64,000 nucleotides of DNA from Octopus bimaculoides (GCF_001194135.2 NC_068989.1:3402915-3466914), one strand, 5' to 3'. Counted from the first letter of the stretch, positions 12,700 through 26,574 are shown. The notes: generated from the sequence alone by a model not told the origin. Program-made: numbers and translations.

Positions 12700-13260
12700 C
12701 CTACAAGACGATGGGGGAACAGCAGGCATAACAGGGAAATGTCACTTAACGAGGTTAGTTATGTTTATTCAGGAAGATTATATATCCTAACAAGTTTTGT
12801 TCCTAAAGGAGCTTAAAGCAACTGGCACTGATAAAAAAGATATTTTTGTAACTCTAAAGCTTGTACTTCACAGCCCCAGACATATCCTGGAATAACTGTG
12901 TTGGAATTTACACTGATAGCACTACAAGTAGGGCATTACAAAACTCTTGAGAAAAATCATACAAGTGTGGTTACTCTCAAGGGTTTTGTAACATTGGTTG
13001 GAAACACGAAGCCAGATATAGTTACAACTGATTGCTTCATTCCCCATGAAACTGCCATGATCAAGACCCTTTGAGTGATAAAATCAAAGCAGTTCTGAAT
13101 GTTGTTTAAATGATCTTCAACAAGAAAGTCCCTGAAAACTTGGAACTTAACACAGTTGTGCAAGTCTATGGATGTTGACATCACATCCCTCTTGTATCAC
13201 ACTTATATGATGTGGATATCGTGAGGGAAAGTACCGTCAGGCGTACGTCAACATTATAAA
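12700..13260 (+). mobile_element. Decayed hAT (Charlie/Buster, ZBED8/SCAND3-like) transposase fragment
   Basis: Frameshifted pieces TGKCHLTRLVMFIQ, LFLKELKATGTDKKDIF, ISWNNCVGIYTD, GFVTLVGNTKPDIVTTDCFIPHE, QLCKSMDVDITSLLYHT..WIS*GKV. Confidence 0.8.
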
Positions 13261-14148
13261 AATTAAAAAAGAAAAAGGTATCGGGTGACACGCCATGCTT
13301 GAGGAGATGTATTGAGTCCAGCAAATTCAAAATCAAATGGAACCACTGACTTATATTATGCCATGAAAACCAGGCAAGTGGTCCTAGGAATCCCAGAACT
13401 CGACAGCAATGTCCAAGATGTTGATGATGATGATTCACTAATGATAAGTTGTCTGTGAAATTGGTTTGTTTTTGCTGTTATATTTGAGTGCATAAACAAA
13501 GTAAACCCATATGTACAAGTAAACAATAACAGGTTTTAGTTTTCTGAGAGAACAGATTCTTTACAACCCCACCCTGTTATCCAGTAATGTTACCCCAAGA
13601 GAGGATAGTTGTTAAGCATCTGACCTCAGATTACCAGAATTTGGTAAAAATGCCAAGGTCAAGTCTCCCCATTAACACTGTCAGTGATATGCTCCCATGT
13701 TTGTTTGCTTGATTTTTGTTTAACTTTACAACCATGACTCAACAGCCATTTTGTAATAAAGTTTACTTCATTTTAATAATTATTATTTGGAAACCTAAAA
13801 GCCAAAAAAAAAAACCTCTTTTTTTTTTCAGTTTGTGCTTATTGTTTTGTGGCTGAGATAGAAATGGGATTCTGCAGTAAATTGGATCCAGAAGTTTTTG
13901 AAACAAGTATGGTGGAAGTGAATATCTTGTGAATGACATGAATGGCATGTACAGAGATGTTGTCAGCAAGGCAAGAGTTAGTAATAAGTTCAACAAGGAA
14001 TTCAACTTGCGAGGTGTCCATCAGGGTTCAGCACTTAGGCCCTCCTATTTATTACTGTTATCCAAGCCATGATAGAAGAGTTTGAGCTTGGTTGACAAGG
14101 GTAAGTTCTTTAGGCTAATGACCTCGTTCTCACGACTGAACCTATTAA

Positions 14149-14368
14149 CCCTTTTATTACTAACCTGGCCAAAACCAGCTCAGGCTCTGAGTACAAATGT
14201 CTTGTTTTCATAAGTTTTGAATTAAAATCTTCCACCAAACCTTCGTCACAATTTATGTTCCTAACACTAGCTTAATGATAACTAAGTTATTTTACTAGAT
14301 TCTTTGCTATATTTAAAGTAATTGAAAGAAACACAGAGCATCTCAAAATAAATACAGTAATGAAGGGG
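14149..14368. mobile_element. piggyBac-type non-autonomous element (MITE)
   Basis: TTAA at 14145-48 and 14369-72; TIRs cccttttattact / agtaatgaagggg (11/13 match); the LINE reading resumes after it. Confidence 0.8.
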
Positions 14369-14985
14369 TTAAATAATTTGAGAAGTTTCAAATATGGAAA
14401 TGGAGCTTAGAATCAAGAGATATTAAGTTAAATCTAGTAAAGCAGTGGTGCTGGTGCCTTGTAAAAAGCACTAAGTCCACTCTGCTGAGTGGTTGGCATT
14501 AGGAAGGGCATCCAGCTGGAGAAACCAAGCCAAAACAAACATGGAGCTTGGTGTGGCCCCTGACCTTACCAGCACCTGTCAAACTATCCAACCCATACCA
14601 GCGTGGAAAACAGATGTTAAATGATGATGATGGTGATAGACACAGAGGTTTTTGTTAACAAGAAAGGAGACAAGATTGTGCTGTCATCTGAGAAATGCTG
14701 CTCAATACACAGAAGAGTAGGAGCTTGAAGTTTCATACAGTGTATTCAATGTACGCGAAAAGTGCGAAAGACATGAAGTGGAATCACAGACAGACTGACA
14801 CAGAAGGACTTTGTATGCAAATGTGTAAGAGCAGTTAGGAGCAAGAGTATCCACAAAATAAATTCTTTAAATGCTTGAAAGACTCCCAAGAAGCAACTGC
14901 TAATTTCTGTTACCTAGGTAACATATTTAGCAGTGGAAATGGTATTCCACCAGCATAGTAGCCAGATTAAAACAGGGTGGAAAAA

Positions 14986-15236
14986 CATTATTTACATTTG
15001 ATGGATATTTGCCCTCATCTTGTTTGTTGTTAACACACCGTTTCGACTGATATACCTTCCAGCCTTCATCAGGTGTCTTGTGGAAATTTCAAACCTGGGT
15101 TCTCATTCCTAAGGTACTTTTCCATATTATTATTATTATTATTCAGCTGAAATGTTGTGTTAACAACAAACAAGATGAGGACAAATATCTGTCAAATGTA
15201 AATAATGTACATAGTTCCTCATCTCTTAAATATAGA
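14986..15236. mobile_element. Family A hammerhead element, inverted arms, 12-bp TSD
   Basis: TSD agggtggaaaaa at 14974-85 and 15237-48; minus arm 14986-15143 with HHR core (U16.1 to G), plus arm ~15143-15236. Confidence 0.85.
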
Positions 15237-16453
15237 AGGGTGGAAAAAGTTCAAGGGACCATTGTCTCTGATGGCAATGAATAGATCTTCTCCAAATGAA
15301 CGACAGATTGTACATGCTTGCATACATGGTAGTGAAACATGGACATTGAATGTGGAGGACATGTAACAGGTGATAGGAAATGAAATGGGTCTTCACTACT
15401 GGGTACGTGCTGTTACTGTGCATCAATGACGAAGCACAAATGAGCTGAGAGAAGAATCAACTGTAAGGGAATCAAATGGAGTGTGACAGAAAGAAGGCTG
15501 AGTTCATCTAGATAATGTGACGCAGAGGGAAGATGACACTTGGATAAAGAGATGTCAAAGTAGAATCAAGTAGAAGCCATTTGCAGAAAGGGGAACACCA
15601 AGAAAGACATAAGATGAGGTGGGGAAAGCTAATCTCAGGATGCTGATTCTGAAAAAAGAGATGATAAAAAGTCTCAGTTTATAATGGGATGCTGTGCTTC
15701 AGCACCGAATGATGCAAAGATGGAGAAACAGTTGTAAAATTATGATAATGATGATGATGATGATGATGACATTAATTTAGATTATATTGATTTAAAAGCA
15801 TTACTTAAGAGCTTTCACAACCATCAACACATTTCCTTTGACAAAGTTGAGAAAGAGAGTATGTACATGCTAGAAATAGCAGCCAAAATTTTCTCAAACC
15901 ACACATTACTGTCTTAATAAGAAAGACACATTTGAAAAGTCACCCAAGATATAAACAGTGGGAAAAATGATTGGATTGGTCATGACTGGAATGGTCTTGA
16001 TCACTGCAGCTCTTGCCTTGAGTTAAACAACATAAACAACATTTTTCGCTTTATAATATAGTATTGATCTAACCACCGACAGTGACACGACTCATACAAC
16101 CACCGTCTTCAATCTGTGTGAACATTAATGTATACTTCAAAAATAGCATAACCTTGACAATATGTGAATCGATGGGAGAACTTAATACACAGCAAGCAGA
16201 TAATAGGATGCAATATACAACATGGAAGTAAAAACGCGGGCACGGAATGTTGAAAGTGCGTCAGAAGAGCATGGAAAGAGAAATGATGTGAACAAAGAAA
16301 GAAGCTGGGATGAGATGAGAGAGACAAACGGGATGAAAGATGCATCGTTAAAAAGAATGTAACCTTGACAACAAGCGAAACAAGGAAAAGAATAAATATT
16401 AGCAATCTGTGCTAATCTGGTTTAACACACATGAAATTTCAGTCACCTAGATA

Positions 16454-16512
<59 letters not shown>

Positions 16513-16934
16513 CAAGCATAAGTGCGTGCAGGCACACACATTAAGCAAGCCAAATAAGACTAAACACCATTTAATTGAAAGAAGCACTTATGACACTAAT
16601 AGTGAGGGCAGAGGGGTGTTTTGAAAGCACTGCAGTCCTTGGGGTGAAAGGATTGGGTAGGGTGCTAAGTGCAGGAACTAATGAACAAGAGCATTTTGGA
16701 AGAGGGAGTACACTACTAGGACATGAATATTACACACACACACACACGTGTGTGTGTAAGAATGTCTGAAGAAGCACACCTATGGAAGTCTGCTGGATAC
16801 TAGGAAATTGGAAGTAGTAAGCCAAGAAATTTTAATTACTTTCATTAACACTTTTAGTCACAAGAGTAATCGTTATCTTAATGACTTTTTAATTCAGGTA
16901 AAAGAAAAAAACAAACTAAATGATTAAAAAAGGC

Positions 16935-17325
16935 AGAGAAGATAACCTTTGAAATTTTAACGACCCTCTTTGGTTTCAAAATGAAAGACATTCTTCCAGC
17001 AGAATAATGCTTGGCCACTGGCATTCGAAAGGCTGGAGCAGTTTGAATGGAAAACGATGCCCCACCCACCATATTCGCCAGACACTGTGCCATCTGATTA
17101 TCATTTATTCCGCAGTCTTNNNNNNNNNNAGAACAGTACTGGAGGAGTATTTTTCGTCACGGTCAAGTGGATTTTGGGAGAAGGGCCTTGTAAGTCTACC
17201 AGATAGATTGTAGAAAATGAAGGAGAGTGTATTTCAGATTAAAAAAGAACTTTGTTTATCTTATGTTTGAAAAATAAAAGCAGTACAAAAAAAAAAACCG
17301 CATTATTTATGGGATGACCCAATCA
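16935..17325 (+). mobile_element. Mariner transposase 3' fragment with right TIR
   Basis: RPSLVSK*KTFFQQNNAWPLAFERLEQFEWKTMPHPPYSPDTVPSDYHLFRSL...RTVLEEYFSSRSSGFWEKGLVSLPDR; ends cattatttatgggatgacccaat. Confidence 0.9.
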
Positions 17326-17473
17326 TCATCATCATCATCATCGTTTAACGTCCGCTTTCCATGCTAGCATGGGTTGGATGATTTGACTGAGGACTGGTGA
17401 AACCGGATGGCAACATCAGGCTCCAATCTAATTTGGCAGAGTTTCTACAGCTGGATGCCCTTCCTAATGCCAA

Positions 17474-17544
<71 letters not shown>

Positions 17545-17955
17545 CATATGCACACACACACACCCTCCCTGCACACACGAGATAGAGGGATAAAAAGAGT
17601 TATAAATAAACAGATAATGAACAGATTTATCTATGTGGGGGATGTAGGTAAGTAGGTATGTAGATTTGGGATAGACAAATCTACACACACACACACATAG
17701 CTACTAGTTTTCTTCTGTTGAAAGGAAGAGAGTTGTGTGGGGAACACTTGAGCCAATGTTTATTAATGCAGGCTGCCACTTGCCACTACTTCCCATGTGA
17801 TCCAGTTTGTTCCAGGAAAAGACAGGTGCATGTTAATGTAACTACATAACTGCATCTTACATCAGGTTTCCTTGGTAATTTCAATAGAATCTACCATTTC
17901 AATGGCAAAGGTTACAGAAAAAGGAAGGAAACAAAAGATGTAAAAAAAAATGTGT

Positions 17956-18002
<47 letters not shown>

Positions 18003-19808
18003 CAAGTCTATTACGCAATCAAATATCACGTGAATATGTAAAAATTTAGTGACAAAGAAGAGCACAGAATATTCTTTTTATTCACACACAAACACATTAT
18101 GAAACACAAACGTTAGTATATGAATGCAAACACGCAGACACAAAGTTATTGTTGTACATAATTACACACACACACACATATATATATATATACACACAGG
18201 TACATACACATCAATATATATGTGCAAATATACAAACACTAGTACATACACAGGAGACCACATACACACAAAGGAAACTCTATATAGATTCACTTCAGTG
18301 CATATAAGCAAACACAACACACACACACACATTCATATGTGTACAAGTATGTCTGTATACTAAAGTACACTTCCTTTAGTCCTTTCTTTTACTTGCTTGT
18401 TTTGACTGCAGCCTTGCCCTGCTCTGCCCCGCCCTGCCTTGCCCTTGATGCTAGTTTCAAGGGTTTTAATCGAATTATATTGGCCTCAATACTTAGTCTG
18501 GTAATTATGTTATTGATTGCTATTCATTGAATGACTAAGTCCACCTTAGCATAAAGGGATGTAACTCAGTGATACTTTTGTTCACTGCACTGAGTACATC
18601 AATATAAACAAGCACACACACACTCTCTTTCTCTCTCTCACACATACACACACTTTCTCATGCATTCTGTCTCTCTCACACACACTCCCCTTTCACACAC
18701 ACACACCTCATACACAGTCTCTCTCTTTCTTTCTCATACACACACACACACACACACACACACTTTCCTTAACATGGGGTTAAGTGACAACAATAACAAA
18801 AGAAGGGGACCAATATGGGAGCTTTGACATGGATGTTGGATCAGACAGAAATAACAGCCAAATCCTTCAAATGATACCCTACTGTCTTAAAAACGACAGA
18901 CACTTTGTTCAACATGGTTCTTAGAGCAGATACAAATAGCAGCCAAATCTCCCTCAAATGACACTCTTAATATCTTAAAACAATGACAGACACACCAAAT
19001 AATGTTGTCTTGGGAAACCCTGAAAATGATACGGAATAAGGATGACCTTGATTATAGACCCATCGAATCAAGCTAACCTGGTGCTAAACAGCAACAATAA
19101 CAAGGAAGTCTATACATAGTTGTATGAAGTGCAAGAAATAGCAGTCAAATATCCACCAAATAACACACTATCATCTTTTAAAAATAAAGGACCAAACAAA
19201 TAATGACACCCAAGACAACATTATATCCGAAAATAACATGGGACAATCATGATGGGAAGAATTTTGAATGTAGATTTACAGGATCAAAGCAGATCTAAGA
19301 CTGAACAATAAAAAAAATAGCAGCTGTTACCTTGTAATATTGAATTAAGAAATCTGCAGTACTCATCAACGACATTGTAAAGTTAATGGGAGCTGTCGGC
19401 AAATGTGAGATGTAAAATCAAGGTTACAAATGGAGTATTGATTGCAAGAGATAATCCTAAATAGCATTAAAAAGGATTTAATATAATGAGGATGTATCAA
19501 TTGTATGCCAAATGTGTGTATGTTGCTTTAAATCCCACAAGACAAAACACAGAAAAAAATCATATATACATATCTATGAATACACATGTGTGGAAATGTG
19601 TGTCTGTCTGTCTGTGCATTCTTTCATTTATTTCAGTCATTTGACTGTGGCCATGCTGGAGCACCACCTTTAGTCGAACAAATGAACCCCAGGACTTGAG
19701 TCTTTTGTAAGTCTAGTACTTATCCTATCAGTCTCTTGTGCCGAACTGCTAAGTTACAGGGACGTAAACACACAAGCATCGGTTGTTAAGTGATGGTAGG
19801 AGGACAGA

Positions 19809-19860
<52 letters not shown>

Positions 19861-20099
19861 TGATGGGCTCCTTTCAGTTTCCGTCTACCAAATCCACTTA
19901 CAAGGCTTTGGTCGGCCTGAGGCTATAGCAGAAGATACTTGCCCAAGGTGCCATGCAGTGAGACTGAACCCAGAACCATGTGGTCGGTAAGCAAACTACT
20001 TACCACACAGCCACTCCTGCACCTATTCAGTGATGATGATAATGATGATGATTCAGGTAGCAAAAAATTGGATGTAGTTTTGGTGAATGCAAACCATAA

Positions 20100-20315
20100 C
20101 CCATTAGCATTTCATCAAGCCACACCCACTGCAAATATTCTACCTGTTTTATGTTAAAAATGGCCAGATCTAACCTCTCACACCTACCTCACTATGTCAT
20201 TTGGAAAATATATAAACATGCCATTGAAATTTTCAAGCTACAATATGATAATTAATTCAAAACAATGTGAATAAATAAGCATTACATTTGGCAGAATAAC
20301 ATGAATGCTAAAGGG
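20100..20315. mobile_element. piggyBac-type MITE, second family (partial copies ~21785-21880, 39265-39370)
   Basis: TIRs cccattagcatt / aatgctaaaggg; degenerate TTAA flanks (ataa/tcaa). Confidence 0.6.
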
Positions 20316-20790
20316 TCAAACAGGACATGATTCAACAATGTAACCCAGAAGCAAAACCTGTGCAAATGAGGAAATTTAAGGTGGTTGATCTCCTTGCTAG
20401 AAATAGCAGCTAAGTCTTCCTTAAATTACATCTTTGAACAAGAAAGAATACACTGAATCTGAATTTTTTTCAAACCCTTTTAATTCACACTGTGTTGCAC
20501 ATAAAATATTTTAAAGATAACATTTGTTCTGTATTTGAACTAAAAAAAATCTTTATTTGTTGCATGGATTCACACAATACCACGCTTGACTAATTATGTG
20601 AAGCTGAGCCAGCAAGGGGAGAAACTACTTACAAAGTCATTCAACCTGCTAGAAACAGCAGTCAAATTTTCATCAAATCACATCCAACAATCTTAAGCGC
20701 GCCCTTGGATTCCCTGCACATAAGAAAAAGACGGGATAGTCATTGTTGGATTGTCTTTGATCATGGCTAAAACTGAGGCTAAATAATTAC

Positions 20791-20848
20791 TTGAGAATTG
20801 AAACATGTCTTGTTAAAACTTATTCTCCTCTTGTTAGCTTTGAACAGC
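20791..20848 (-). CDS. Candidate internal exon (58 nt, phase 2 to 0): xLFKANKRRISFNKTCFNSQ
   Basis: gtctgttttatttttag|...caa|gtaatt; one open frame, compatible with the 28.1 kb candidate exon. Confidence 0.4.
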
Positions 20849-22303
20849 CTAAAAATAAAACAGACAAGAGAAGAAGAAAAAGAGCAAGAAGAAATAAATG
20901 TTGGTTATGGAACTGAAGTAAAATGACATTTGTGTCTTGAATGTTTCACACACCACCACACTTGGCTACTCAAGTGAAGAATATATTAAGAAGTCATATG
21001 AACATGTTGCTATTATTATTATTATTATTATTATTATTGTTGTTGTTGTTGTTGTTTTGGGGGAGCTGACTGAATCATTAGCACATCAGAGAAAATGCTT
21101 AGTGGCATTTCTTCCTGCCAAGGTCAGGACCTCATGCCAAGGTCAACTTTGCCTTTCATCCTTTTGCAGTGTGTGTGTGTGTGTGNNNNNNNNNNNNNNN
21201 NNNNNNNNNNNNNNNNNNNNNNNNNNNNACCACCACCACCACCACCGCCACTGCCGCCAGCAACACCACCATCATCATCATTATTATCATTATTGTGAAA
21301 ATTATTAAGAGAACCCCATTAGCTCTTTTAGACTTTCGTTCTAATTGGAATTATTCTTCCATAAAAAAAATTTACATTTTTATTTTTCATTTTTATATAT
21401 TTCTCACACCAAATTTATTATGAAAAGCCTCCTCTCTAACACATGGATGAATGTTTCTTGTTATGTTTTTCTTTTCTAACACTAAATACATTTCATATAG
21501 AATTATTTTGCTTCTCTTTCCATTAAGTACATGAGAATTTTAAAATATGTTTTTAGAATACGAAATACAAGATAGATATGTTCCAACATTTTCCCAAAGA
21601 CGTTAGCAATGGGAAATAAGTCAAACGGCATTAATTAACAGACAACTCAAAATTAGGGCCCAAGAATACACAAAAAAAATTACATTAAGTAGAATGGCAA
21701 AAAAAAAAACAGAAACATACTAAAAGTAAAACAAATAGCAAAAGTTAGAAGAGTTTCAAGAGTTCAAAGATGTTATTGTTTATTTTTAGAATGACATTGT
21801 AGGAGAGGTGTGAGAGGCATGATCTGGTTGGTTTGAACACAAAACGGAGAATACTTGTGCTGAATATGGCTGGTTTAAGGGAAATGGCGTCTAGTCAATA
21901 CTGTCATTCTAATATTTTATTTTATTGACCCCAAAATGACGAAAGGCAAAGCTGACCTCAGTGGGATTTGGACTCAGATTGTAAAGAACCAAAACAAATG
22001 CCACAAGCCATTTTGTCGGATGCTCTAATTATTCTGCCAATCTATCAGCACAACAATAAAGAATCTGGATGATGATGAAGGCAAATTAAGATAGTGATTA
22101 TAATGATGACAGCGATGACGGTTCAGTTTACACACACTCACACACCACACCATCACACACACACACTCGTCAATTACCAAGGCAACTGACATTTTGATGG
22201 CTGCTAAGAATAATCTCATTAAGAACTATCTGTGCTTCTGAAGACAAGATAAAGACATCGACTGTAACAACAGGAACAATTACAATACCAGCAACTGCAA
22301 TGA

Positions 22304-22343
<40 letters not shown>

Positions 22344-22424
22344 TAAATAATTGAGAATGAATAACCACTGCAGTTGATAAACACTATCCTGCAATATCCT
22401 AATATTCTAAAATTAAATGTGTAT

Positions 22425-22465
<41 letters not shown>

Positions 22466-23005
22466 TGAGTGAATGTGTGTGTCACCTACATGTGTTAGTG
22501 TGTATGTGTGCTTCTGTGTATTTACAAGGGAATGTGTGTGCAAGCTACACATGTTCCTTTGTGCGTGTGTGTTTCCATGTAAGTATATAAGTGATGGGGA
22601 TTTTCTGTGTATACACAAGTACCTGTGTGTATTGTAAATGTGTTAGAGTGTATGACTTTCAGTGTGTGTGTGTGTTTGCTTGTGTTTCTGTGTGTATGTT
22701 TTGTGAATATGTGTGTGACATGCTTTTGTGAATGCGTATGTGTTTGTATGTGCCCATACCTGCAATACATTTGGGGACAGACAGGAAAAGAGAAGGAAAG
22801 AGACAAGTTATGAGAGAGGGAGAGAGAGAGAGATGGGGGAAGCAACTGGAAGCCCTACTCCCAACACTGTAAAACTTAGCAACTTTTAGACTTTATCAAT
22901 AAATATAAATTTTGCTGATGCAGAACACCACAAACCTTTCCACACACACACACACACATAACATTTCCTACAATGATTATTTAATCATCAGCTCCGGTCT
23001 AAACG

Positions 23006-23092
<87 letters not shown>

Positions 23093-23629
23093 ATGTGTGT
23101 GTGTGTGTGTGTGTGTGTGACTTTTCTGAAAGGGACAGGAAGTTTGTATTCTCTGTTGTATCGCTTTCACTTAGTCACCACCTTCTGCCCTCACCCCAAT
23201 AAAAAAATAACAACTTTTGGATTTGGTTCAATAACATGATGTAAAAAGATATGTTTCCAACCCCTTTCTCCCTCCGCCTTTTCCTTTCCCTTCCCCCCCC
23301 ACTTCAGTTCACAAGGTATTTCTCCTTTATTCCTTTCCAACTCTCACTCACTTTCTCTCTCTCTCTCTCTCTCTCTCTCACATCCACACAAAATACTGCT
23401 TTTCATTATACGTACATAAGCATAAAACTAAAGATCACACACACACAGAGACTAATAACTGCGGGGTAAAAAGTTTGCTTCCCAACCACATGGTTCTGGG
23501 TTCAGTTCCACTGTGAGGCACCTTGGGCAAGTGTCTTCTATTGTAACGTTGGACCAACCAAAGCCTTTTAAGTGGATTTGGTAGATGGAAAACAAAAAAA
23601 GCCCTTTGTACACACACACACACACCCAA

Positions 23630-23843
23630 AGGGGTGTTGAAAAGTTCTTGGCTTAGGGTAAAAGAAAATACAGGAGGATCAGTTAATTATGATTTTATTT
23701 AAGATATTCCCCTCTCAGATTCACACACTTGTTGCAGCAGTCTTTCAGTTTTTCTAAGCCCTGTAAGAGAATTCAGAAAGTTGGGCTTCCATCCAGTTCT
23801 TTCGTGATACCCTTAAAGCCAGGAACTTTTCAGCTTGCCCTCG
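23630..23843 (-). mobile_element. Mariner-derived MITE nested in an S2 SINE
   Basis: TIRs ggggtgttgaaaagttcttggctt / aaagccaggaacttttcagc..ccctcg; the S2 halves flank it. Confidence 0.8.
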
Positions 23844-24344
23844 TTTATGTGTGTGCGTGTCTACTTGTCCCCCACCACCATTTGACAGCCAAGATCTAGC
23901 AGCTTGGTAAAAAGTGACTGATTGAATAATTACCAGGCTTCAAAAGAATTTAATTAATGGCATCAATTCATTTGACTAAGAAATTCCTCAAGACGGTACC
24001 CCAGCATGGCCAAAGTCTAATGACTGAAACAAGTAAAAGAATAAAAGAATATAACGTTGGCCTAACATTTCAACCCCAACCCCAACCCCATCCCACCCCT
24101 TTTAGTGATAATAATATCTAAAACGGGTACAAGGATGCATGTTTGGGAGAGGAGAGCAGTATATGACTGATTATATTAATCCAGTGTATGAATGGTACCT
24201 TATCACAGTAATTGCCAGGGGTCTTATTTTATCAGTCCAAGAACTGTGACATCAAACTCAAGCTAGAAGAGAAACTGAACTTAGAAAGTAAAGGGACATA
24301 ACTATTGACAAGTATTTTTGCCAGTCATTCTATTCGTTCTACTG

Positions 24345-24932
24345 CTAATAACAATAACAATAATAATTAATTATTTTATTGGCCACAAGGGCTCACAGAC
24401 AAAACATCAAAAGACATGCAACAACATAAAAGACAAAAACAGGATGATACAATGGGTTTTTAGCGCATATACAATGTACTAACAGAAAAGAGGAACAAAT
24501 TAAACTCTCAATAGGGGAGGTGCTTTAAGGCCCTCATGGAAAACCCCACAAAAGCCACGGTTGCCTGAACAACAGGGCAAGAGCCCTTCTGCTTTTTTTC
24601 ACAGGTGTATGCTGAGAATTGGTCCTTTCACACTGGCCATTCTTCCACCATTCACCCACCTTTCAACAAACTTACTACAAGGCAACACTTCTTTCTCTAT
24701 CCTCAACTTCCTTTTCAGGTGAAGCTTGAAGTTGATGAGGGCTTGTTCAAAGAGGAAAATGTCTGTCTTTAGCCCTTTCAGACAGGTCCACCATACTACC
24801 TCTTTCGCTACAGCTACTAGACAAATAAAAATTGCCTGCCCCTCCCGACCCAATGAGGGTGGTGGGGCAATCTTCACAATGGATTTAGCTGATAGCTGGA
24901 TCCGTCCCACACGTGACAGCAGGTGTTCAATA
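24345..24932 (-). mobile_element. Tx1/L1-clade LINE 3' fragment
   Basis: ORF LSRVGRIQLSAKSIVKIAPP...AKEVVWWTCLKG...LHLKRKLRIEKEVL...ERWVN..HL, followed by a 3' UTR, aataaa and a (tta/ttg) tail. Clade call from recalled similarity. Confidence 0.65.
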
Positions 24933-25342
24933 ATAAGGATTTCAAAATCGGGCTGAGTCATTTACATCGACCCCAGTGCTGATCTGATACTTGTTTTATT
25001 GGCCCCTAAACGATAAAAGGCAAAGTCGACCACAGCAGAATTTGAACTCAGAACATAAAGATGGGTTCAATGCCAATACGCATTTCATCCAGCATGCTAC
25101 CATAATAATAATAATAATAATAATAATAATTCTTTTTACTGTAGGCAAAATGCCTGAAAATATGGGGGAGAGGATAGTCGACTATGTTGACCCTCATTGC
25201 ATAACTGGTACTTATTGCATTGACCCTGAAAGGATGAAAAGCAGAGTTGACCTTGGCGGAATTTGAACTCAGAACGAAGTGATGGGTAAAATACTGCTAA
25301 GCAATTTGTCTAGTGTGCTAACAATTCTGCCAGTTTGCCACC

Positions 25343-25384
<42 letters not shown>

Positions 25385-26516
25385 TTTTCAAATTTTGGTA
25401 CAATACCAGTAATTTTGGGGTTGAATGGGTTAGTTGACTACACTGAACCCAGTACTTGACTGGTACTCAGTTTTATTGACCCAGAAAAGATAAAAGGAGA
25501 AAATGATTTTAGCAGGATTTGAACTCAGAATGTGTATAGTCAAAAATAGTGAGGGGTTTTGTGGGTATCAAAAAAAATCAAAAAACAAAATTATATGAAA
25601 TATAAAAAACATAATAGTATTTTCTTATAATAACAATACTAATAAATAATAATTATAACAATAATAATGACGATGATGATGATGATGATAATAATAATGA
25701 TCACAACCGTGATAATGAAGTACATTTTCAATTTTCAGCCATTAGTTAGAATTATCTTTTCACTGTGTCCCCAGAAGAGACCATCCAGTTACCAGAGGCA
25801 ATAATTCTTAGCAATCATGTTGGAAGATAGAATTACAGGGGAGATAACCTATTGACATATATAATTAACACATCCAGTAAGCATAGAATTCAGTCACACA
25901 AGTTCACAGACATCTAAACACACACACACACACACACGTGTACAACCGATTGTGATGGTGAATAAATATTTGTATTAACCATTTGAGTCGAAGCTAAATA
26001 ACCCAATCATCTCTATCCAAGGTGATGTAACACAGATTCATCACCCTAGAGGTGTGAACATTGAATTCATCCGTATCCATCCCTACACAAGTTGCTTTAG
26101 TGGTTGGCTGGTTGGTTGGGGTTGTGGGCCATAGGACAGAGGTCACAACATGTTGCTTCTCCCCTGGCATTGCCTGGACCACACAAATTGGACTTGAACT
26201 AAAATAATCTTAAAACTTAATATTCACTCTTTCACTGTTTTATTTATTTCAGTCATTTGACTGCGGCCATGCTGGAGCACCGCCTTTTAGTCGAACAAAT
26301 CGACCCCAGGGATAATTCTTTGTAAGCCTAGTACTTGTTCTATCGATCTTTTTTGCCATACCGCTAAGTTATGGGAATATAAACACGCCAGCATCAGTTG
26401 TCAAGNNNNNNNNNNNNNNNNNNNNNNNNNNNNNNNNNNNNNNNNNNNNNNNNNNNNNNNNNNNNNNNNNNNNNNNNNNNNNNNNNNNNNNNNNNNNNNN
26501 NNNNNNNNNNNNNNNN

Positions 26517-26568
<52 letters not shown>

Positions 26569-26574
26569 AATATG

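Larger units (their letters stand above)
13850..15770 (+). mobile_element. Decayed RTE-clade LINE (RT to 3' end), split by three younger insertions
   Basis: GVHQGSAL..LLFITVIQAM, L*ANDLVLTTE (YADD region), FCYLGNIFSSG, HGSETWTLNVEDM, GTPRKT*DEV; ends in (gat)n. Confidence 0.85.
15870..20790 (+). mobile_element. Cluster of SINE-like family S5 remnants (~15870-16040, 18810-19100 two, 19120-19320, 20385-20470, 20620-20790); others ~33010-33190, 34530-34700(-), 40480-40660(-), 50290-50420, 57845-58000
   Basis: Shared ctagaaatagcagccaaatctccctcaaat...cattggataatgtagtcc...gatcatag...gggctaaacaacaac. Confidence 0.65.

Noticed and set aside
20773-20815. ctgaggc...gaaacatgtc hammerhead-like motif
   Set aside because: A9 is missing and stems I/II are unconvincing; likely chance
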